From Turneriella sp. (GTDB lineage Bacteria > Spirochaetota > Leptospiria > Turneriellales > Turneriellaceae), in the NCBI GenBank assembly GCA_965279515.1, contig CBDIID010000003.1, positions 224,001 through 288,000 on the forward strand: DNA of 64,000 nucleotides, in the 5' to 3' direction. How positions within the stretch are numbered: the first letter of the stretch is position 1; every line of letters starts with the position of its first letter. The position numbers were made by a program, and so were the translations under genes. Positions 56,149 through 64,000 of the stretch are shown here, one piece after another. The notes beneath the pieces were generated by a model. The model saw nothing but the letters and a program-made list of their open reading frames with translations, was not told where the DNA came from and searched no databases.

Positions 56149-57258
56149 ATGCGCATCCTTGCTGTCATATGCCTCGGCTTCCTCACCGCCTGCGCCGACT
56201 ATACAAAACCCGATAAGCCCGACGCGCCGGCGAGCGGCGTCATTCTCGTCGCGGGTTCTGATTTTGCTACAGGGTTCATGAGCGCCGTTGAGCCCGGTTC
56301 GCTGAAAGTTTACAAGGATATCCTGTCTGTCTACAATGATTCGGTTTTGCGTTACGATGCCAGCGCGGCTGCGACGTATGTAGTACAGCGGCTGGGTTCT
56401 GATTCGGTGCGCAAACTCGATAACACTTCGGGGTATCTCACGCAGTATGAAAAATCTGTCGGCACCAAAATGAATCCGCAAGACCTCGTATTTCTGCCCG
56501 GCAATCTCATGGCGCTGTCGCTCTTTAACCGCAATACAATTGCAATAATGAGCCGCAGCACCGGCGCCGAGCTCGCCGCCATCGATTTGTCGGCCTATGC
56601 CGATGCTGATGGTTACGCCGAAATTGGCGCGCTGTATTACAACGCAGGCTTTATCTATGCGCTTGTACAACGACTCAACCGCCGGGCAACGGATGCGATC
56701 TGGCCACCCGTCGGCGACAGTTATCTTCTGAAAATTGATGCGACCAGCTACCAGGTGACACAAACCTTGCTGAGCCACGCGAATCCCGTTTCCCGCATTC
56801 ACTTCCATGCGCTCAGAAACTCGCTGATATTTGCGGCTCCGGGACGCTTTGCTGCAAATTACGCGCTCGACGGTGCCTGCCTCGAATATTCGCTCGCGAC
56901 GGGTTTGCTGGTCACCTCGCCCTTAACCGAAGTGCAGGCGGGTTATGAAATTGCCGATTGCCAGATCCAGAATGATGGCAGCGGTATCTTCGTCGGCTAC
57001 GATGCCAGCCTCAATAGCATCTTTGGCAGTTTTAATACCACCACGCATGCGGTCACACGTGTGGCGGCATTTTTATCGTCATCGAATGGCGGTTATTTTT
57101 CGCAGTTTTTGCTGCATTCGAACAGCAAGGTTTACCTGGCCGACCGGAATATTAACGCGCCGGGCATCCGTGTTTTCAGCGGACCGGTGTTGACGGAAGA
57201 GACATCGAAGGCGGTCTATACGGGATTGCCGCCTTATTCGTTGGAAGAGGTACCTTAG
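56149..57258 (+). CDS. Beta-propeller lipoprotein (YncE/BtuG-like)
   Basis: Lipobox FLTAC; SVGTKMNPQDL, IDLSAYADADG, YALVQRL, VYLADR, TGLPP; beta-rich repeats. Confidence 0.75.
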   Translation: MRILAVICLGFLTACADYTKPDKPDAPASGVILVAGSDFATGFMSAVEPGSLKVYKDILSVYNDSVLRYDASAAATYVVQRLGSDSVRKLDNTSGYLTQYEKSVGTKMNPQDLVFLPGNLMALSLFNRNTIAIMSRSTGAELAAIDLSAYADADGYAEIGALYYNAGFIYALVQRLNRRATDAIWPPVGDSYLLKIDATSYQVTQTLLSHANPVSRIHFHALRNSLIFAAPGRFAANYALDGACLEYSLATGLLVTSPLTEVQAGYEIADCQIQNDGSGIFVGYDASLNSIFGSFNTTTHAVTRVAAFLSSSNGGYFSQFLLHSNSKVYLADRNINAPGIRVFSGPVLTEETSKAVYTGLPPYSLEEVP

Positions 57259-57280
57259 GAGAAAGAGGAGACGCAACGTT

Positions 57281-57344
57281 CCCAAAACGCGCTAACAAAC
57301 CAGAAGCCCCGTCGTTTGCGGCGCAAACGACCACGCGTTTTGGG
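57281..57344. terminator. Nested hairpin between convergent genes (possible bidirectional terminator or REP)
   Basis: CCCAAAACGCG/CGCGTTTTGGG outer stem, GTCGTTTGC/GCAAACGAC inner stem; no clear U-tract. Confidence 0.45.
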
Positions 57345-57347
57345 GCC

Positions 57348-57833
57348 CTAGGAGTACTTCACACCCAGTTTGCGGTAAATAAAACCCAACAACCACGCCG
57401 GCCCGATCAGTAAGAATTGCAGATCTTTAAAGAAGGAAGGTTTCTTGCCTTCAATTTTGTGGCCGATGAATTGGCCGATCCACGCGACAACGAAGATGCC
57501 GAGGCAGACGACCCAGAGTGGCGCGAGCTGCACTTTTGCGACTTCGCGCACGCCGAACAGCATCGCTATCGAAATAACCGCCATGCCCAGGAACATCCAG
57601 AAGGAGAGGCGAAGGTAGAAAATACTCGCGAGAATGATCACGACGCCAGCCCAGTTGGCAACGAACGAAAACTGCGGCGGTACCCAGTTAAAGAGGCCTG
57701 CACTGGGAATGCTCGCAAAAAGGCCGAGCACCGTGAACAGAATCGTCGGCACGCAGATCCAGTGGATTAGCTTGTTGGTCTTGTTGCGGTGGCTTTCACC
57801 GTATTCATCGAGCCATTGGTCTACTGTTCTCAT
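57348..57833 (-). CDS. DUF962/Mpo1-like membrane protein
   Basis: YGESHRNKTNKLIHWICVP, WIGQFIGHKIEGKKPSFFKDL. Confidence 0.92.
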   Translation of the reverse strand: MRTVDQWLDEYGESHRNKTNKLIHWICVPTILFTVLGLFASIPSAGLFNWVPPQFSFVANWAGVVIILASIFYLRLSFWMFLGMAVISIAMLFGVREVAKVQLAPLWVVCLGIFVVAWIGQFIGHKIEGKKPSFFKDLQFLLIGPAWLLGFIYRKLGVKYS

Positions 57834-57880
57834 GGCTATGGCTAGCCGGCCAATGGCCGCCGTCAACTGAAATCAGGACT

Positions 57881-60031
57881 TCAGGTATTTTTCACCTTGC
57901 GGATCTGCTTCTTAATTTTATCCTTCGATTGCTGAATTTCCTGGACCTGGCGGCATTCTTCGATAAAAATCTTCTGCGCATTTTTGCCATCCGACTTCTC
58001 ATTTCTCAGCCGCACATAACTGCCGTCAGCCTGCAGCTCGCGCGCCGAGTCGGTGTCGTCGAAATAGGTTTGCAAAATATTCTTGATTATCTTTTCTTTG
58101 ACGGTTTTGTTTTCAATCGGAAAAGCGATCTCGACGCGACGGATAAAATTCCGCGGCATCCAGTCGGCGCTCATCAGGTAAATCTGCGGATCGCCCTGGT
58201 TATGCGCGACGAGTATGCGGCTGTGCTCTAAAAGCCGGCCGATGATGCTGCGCACGCGGATATTCTCGGAAATACCGGGGATACCCGGCCGCAGGCAACA
58301 GATACCCCGCACGATGAGATCGATCTGCACGCCCGCCTGCGAAGCGAGATAGAGCTCGTCGATCACCTCGCGGTCGACGAGCGAATTCATCTTCGCCGTG
58401 AGGCGGGCCTTCTTGCCCGCTTTGGCATTTTCGCTCTCGCGGCGGATGAGTTTTAAGACCAGCGATTTGAGGTTGCCGGGCGAAGTCGCGAGCTTCTGCA
58501 TCGCGGGTAGTTTCGAGTAACCCGTGATCGAGTTAAAGAGATGCGTGGCGTCCTGCGCGATGTCTTTATCGACAGTAAACAGGCCGAGGTCGGTATAGAG
58601 GCGCGCGGTCGAGGAGTTATAGTTGCCCGTCGACATATGCACGTAACGCACAATCTTATTCGACTCTTTGCGTACGATCAGCGCGACCTTGCAGTGCGTC
58701 TTGTAGCCAATGAGGCCGTAGACCACGTGCACGCCTTCTTCTTCCATGCGCTTCGCCCACTGGATATTCGTCTCTTCGTCAAAACGCGCGCGTAGCTCAA
58801 CGAGAGCAGTGACCTGCTTGCCGTTGCGCGCGGCGCGTATCAGCGAATCGACAATGCGCGATTTGGGGCCGGTGCGGTAGAGCGTGATCTTGATACCTAA
58901 AACTGTCGCATCTTCACTGGCAGCTGAAATGAGGTCTTCTACTACGGCGAAGGAATTGAACGGGTGGTGCAACAAAACGTCTTCACGGCGAATCAGGCCG
59001 AAAAGCTCTTCGGGGCGTTCATACTTCAACGGTGAGACGGGCGTAAACGGTTTGAATCCCACACCCATGAGATTCGGGTCGTCCAAAAGGCCGCGTAACC
59101 CATAGAGCGGCAACTGACCGTGGATGGTATAAACATCGTCGGCTTCGAGTTCCAGTGCAGCTTTGAGGCGTGCCACAATTTCTGCGGGCATCGTGTCGCG
59201 GATCTCGATGCGCACCGCTGCGCCTTTTTCCCGCCGCCTCAGCTCAAGCTGCACAACCTTCATCAGACTCTCGCCTTCGTCTTCTTCAATTACAAGATCA
59301 GAATCGCGCGTCAGACGGAAGGCATGCGCGGCATGCACTTCGAATCCCTTAAATAACCGGTGCAAAAAAAGCCGGATGATGTCCTCGATATAGAGGTATT
59401 TGCGTTTGCCGTTGGTTTCCGATACGAGGAAAAGGCGGGGTAGCAGCGCCGGAATCTGCACCACGGCAAAATAATCCGGGCCGTCGTTTTTCCCTTTGCG
59501 TTTCAGCGTTACGGCAAGATTGATACTGCGATTGGAAAGGCGTGGAAACGGATGCCCCATGTCGATAGCCAGCGGCGTGAGAATCGGAAAAATTTCATTG
59601 TCGAAATAACGCCGCACATTTCCCAGCTCTCCGGCGCTGAGGGCCGAGGTTGAAATCATCTCAATCCCAAGCTCTTTAATGGCGGGTAAAAGAGTGTCGG
59701 TAAGCAGGCTGACGGCTTTGGCAATATAATCGACGACAGCGCCGTTGATCCTTTTCAGAACCTCGTGCACCTGCATGCCGTCGGCGTTTTCGGCGTCGAT
59801 ATCGTTATAGAGTTTCTGTTTGAGGCCCGCGACGCGCACCATGAAAAATTCGTCGAGGTTAGATTCCGTGATGAGCAGAAAGCGCAGGCGTTCGAGCAAT
59901 GGATTCGCGGCATCGTTGGCTTCTTCGAGCACGCGCTCGTTGAATTTCAGCCACGACAATTCGCGGTTGATATAGTGTTCTGGTGAAAAGGAAGTTTTTT
60001 TTGATTTTTCTGTGTTCATCGTGGTTGCCAT
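57881..60031 (-). CDS. ppk1: Polyphosphate kinase 1
   Basis: NRELSWLKFNERVL, SNLDEFFMVRVAG, HPFP, KTHCK (phospho-His), LEHSR, SADWMPRN. Confidence 0.97.
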   Translation of the reverse strand: MATTMNTEKSKKTSFSPEHYINRELSWLKFNERVLEEANDAANPLLERLRFLLITESNLDEFFMVRVAGLKQKLYNDIDAENADGMQVHEVLKRINGAVVDYIAKAVSLLTDTLLPAIKELGIEMISTSALSAGELGNVRRYFDNEIFPILTPLAIDMGHPFPRLSNRSINLAVTLKRKGKNDGPDYFAVVQIPALLPRLFLVSETNGKRKYLYIEDIIRLFLHRLFKGFEVHAAHAFRLTRDSDLVIEEDEGESLMKVVQLELRRREKGAAVRIEIRDTMPAEIVARLKAALELEADDVYTIHGQLPLYGLRGLLDDPNLMGVGFKPFTPVSPLKYERPEELFGLIRREDVLLHHPFNSFAVVEDLISAASEDATVLGIKITLYRTGPKSRIVDSLIRAARNGKQVTALVELRARFDEETNIQWAKRMEEEGVHVVYGLIGYKTHCKVALIVRKESNKIVRYVHMSTGNYNSSTARLYTDLGLFTVDKDIAQDATHLFNSITGYSKLPAMQKLATSPGNLKSLVLKLIRRESENAKAGKKARLTAKMNSLVDREVIDELYLASQAGVQIDLIVRGICCLRPGIPGISENIRVRSIIGRLLEHSRILVAHNQGDPQIYLMSADWMPRNFIRRVEIAFPIENKTVKEKIIKNILQTYFDDTDSARELQADGSYVRLRNEKSDGKNAQKIFIEECRQVQEIQQSKDKIKKQIRKVKNT

Positions 60032-61503
60032 CAGGCGCGGCTCGGCCTCCAGGTACCGTGGAAGCCGTACGGAATGCGGTGCGGCACGGCGATCTCGCAT
60101 AACGGTTTTTTATCGATGCGCGCCGCATCGTAGATGGCGAGGTATGAGCTGTTCTTTTTGCTGTCGAAGATGATGTTTAAGAGATAGCCCTTTCTCTGGC
60201 CGGGTTTTCCCGTCGGGATAAAAAGCGGTTCCCCGCCATAATGCCCAGGGGGAAATTCACTTATATCTACTCTGGCCTTACCCCTGGAGATCTCGAAAAC
60301 GGCCTGGCTGTCGAAGAGCCCTCCCGGAGTCGGGTTCCTTGCGGCACCGGCAAAGACATCCGCATACTTTTCACCCGTGAGGCGGGGATCAATCACGGGA
60401 AACTCGGCAAAATATTCGGTTGAAAGCGGCGTCTCCTCGGTTTTGCCGGTGACGAGATCGAGGCGAAAGCGTGTCAGCGTCCCGTTATTTTTCCGCTCAA
60501 AGAGCTCCGCGCGGTTTGCCGCATCATCACCCATGAGCGGCAGACTGTCGTAACGCACGGCGTCGATGAGGATAGCCTTGCCGTCTTCGTAGGCGTTTGC
60601 GTAATGATAGGCATAACACGCTTTGGGTAGGTCAAATTTCCGGATCGTCTCTTTATCACCCGCTTTGGCGATTACGTAAATGTATGCACCCTTTTCGGGC
60701 TGCCATTCGGCGATGCGGCCGCGGAAGATTGATTTCAACGAAGCCACCGCGGGGAAAACCGGTAGTACCGCATAATTGCGCGTGATGACAAAATCATGCA
60801 CCATCGCGTGGTAGGGGATGTCGATTGCCGTGCGCATCATGAGCTTACCGGAGGGATTGATGACAAAATACTCGAGTTTTGGTTCGCCACTGACACGGTA
60901 GCCGAAGGCATAGAGATAACCCGTCGCCGGATCGATTTTTGGGTGCGCCGTAAACGGCGCGATAAAGCCGGTATCGAAATTCTCAAAGCCGATTGTTTCC
61001 AGTGTCGAAGGGTTGATCTTCATCGGCGGGCTCGATTCGACCAGCGCATAGAGCTCGTCGCGGAAGGCCACGACAGAGGTATTCGATTTGGCGATCAGCT
61101 TTGTATAGACGTCGGCGTTTCGGTGTTTGATGAGCCCGCCCATTAGCGAGAAAAAACTTCCGCTGATCAGGGACAGCTGCGCCATAGGGTTAATCCCACC
61201 ACCCAAAAAGAACGTCCGTTTTGCACGCCGCTCGATCTCGAGCGTCGGCGTGATTACATAACGATTGCGATAGCTGACAGCACCGCGTTTGAAATGGAAG
61301 GAGTGCACCATGCCGTCGCCGAAAAACCAGTGGTAATTCGCACCCGGCTTCTGGGCAGAGTTAGGCCCGTTGCGGAAAAAACCGCCGTTCAAATCCTTGG
61401 GAATTTTACCGCGGACCTCGAAGTCACTGTTTTCGCTGAGCGTGAATTCCTTGTCGATCGGTGCAAAATTACCCTCGAGAAAAACATTCGAAGGCTTAGA
61501 CAT
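60031..61503 (-). CDS. Carotenoid oxygenase / lignostilbene dioxygenase family protein
   Basis: RNGPN, HWFFGDGM; four Fe-His sites FTAHPK, MVHDF, AYHYANA, YGFHG; EFP and GEP. Confidence 0.93.
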   Translation of the reverse strand: MSKPSNVFLEGNFAPIDKEFTLSENSDFEVRGKIPKDLNGGFFRNGPNSAQKPGANYHWFFGDGMVHSFHFKRGAVSYRNRYVITPTLEIERRAKRTFFLGGGINPMAQLSLISGSFFSLMGGLIKHRNADVYTKLIAKSNTSVVAFRDELYALVESSPPMKINPSTLETIGFENFDTGFIAPFTAHPKIDPATGYLYAFGYRVSGEPKLEYFVINPSGKLMMRTAIDIPYHAMVHDFVITRNYAVLPVFPAVASLKSIFRGRIAEWQPEKGAYIYVIAKAGDKETIRKFDLPKACYAYHYANAYEDGKAILIDAVRYDSLPLMGDDAANRAELFERKNNGTLTRFRLDLVTGKTEETPLSTEYFAEFPVIDPRLTGEKYADVFAGAARNPTPGGLFDSQAVFEISRGKARVDISEFPPGHYGGEPLFIPTGKPGQRKGYLLNIIFDSKKNSSYLAIYDAARIDKKPLCEIAVPHRIPYGFHGTWRPSRA

Positions 61504-61633
61504 ACCATGCGCGTGCGGAGCATCCGTCGGCGCGTCGATTGATTTACTATCCAGAATTCCCGATTCGCTTGAAAAAAACATTTCGTTCGATGACGAAATA
61601 CCAGAGCGAGGAGGGGTGTCGAGAGGAATTGCG

Positions 61634-61702
61634 CCCCACCCCTAACCCCTCCCCAAGTCTGGGGAGGGGAATTTCTTGCTCCCTTCCCCCAGGCATGGGG
61701 CG
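61634..61702. repeat. Second locus of the CCCCACCCCTAACCCCTCCCC-loop-GGGGAGGGG repeat family, second unit truncated
   Basis: CCCCACCCCTAACCCCTCCCCA-AGTC-TGGGGAGGGGA, then CTCCCTTCCCCCAGGCATGGGG. Confidence 0.8.
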
Positions 61703-61737
61703 AAACTAATTGAACCGCTGTTCGACTTCCCGGATGA

Positions 61738-63771
<2,034 letters not shown>

Positions 63772-63856
63772 GATCGGGTGCCGATACTGAATTGTATCCG
63801 AAGGCCGTCGAAATAGGTTGACGGCGCCGGCAAAGCAAGACTTATTGGGGAGCAGC

Positions 63857-64000
63857 ATGTCAGACAAGCTGATTTACGACGCGAAGGAACCGCTGCAGAT
63901 TGCGGGTGGAAGGCCGGTTTCCGACGCCTTTCTAAACCAATTTTATGGAACCGTCAGTCTTTCGCAGATCCAGCGGTTTGAAAAGCTCTACCGCGACCGC
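63857..64000 (+). CDS. Start of an unidentified CDS running off the window end
   Basis: GGGGAG RBS, ATG, open to the end: MSDKLIYDAKEPLQIAGGRPVSDAFLNQFYG... Confidence 0.55.
   Translation, partial: MSDKLIYDAKEPLQIAGGRPVSDAFLNQFYGTVSLSQIQRFEKLYRDR

Noticed and set aside
60032..60100. N-terminal extensions in the ORF track (ppk1; likewise the deacetylase, STAS, cytochrome c and oxygenase genes)
   Set aside because: They overlap neighbouring genes or lack family similarity; downstream Met starts fit better.

Overview
A gene-dense, roughly 50-55% GC (estimated by eye) bacterial chromosomal segment. Gene content and spirochete-type lipoboxes suggest Leptospiraceae, probably Turneriella-like; this is an inference, not a database match. 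Housekeeping genes include sucB, glyA, lepB, mpl, dprA, riboflavin synthase, ileS, metG, bfr, ppk1 and fadH. Also present: a complete alternative complex III (actABCDEF) operon with an extra monoheme cytochrome c lipoprotein, a tRNA-Gly(TCC), a vapBC module fused into the metG transcription unit, an NfeD/SPFH operon and two class III nucleotide cyclases. No CRISPR array, integrase or transposase was seen. The most interesting items are: (1) a cobalamin-riboswitch-controlled lipoprotein / TonB-dependent receptor / beta-propeller lipoprotein operon resembling Bacteroides BtuH-BtuB-BtuG surface B12 capture; (2) a PP2C phosphatase whose membrane domain looks like a VUT/YhhQ queuosine-precursor transporter; (3) a CCA-less tRNA ending 2 nt before the riboflavin synthase ATG; (4) a PlsC-GpsA fusion with an altered dehydrogenase site; (5) palindromic repeat elements, one of which supplies the MetG C-terminus and stop codon. 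All family calls come from motif recognition by eye; no searches were run.
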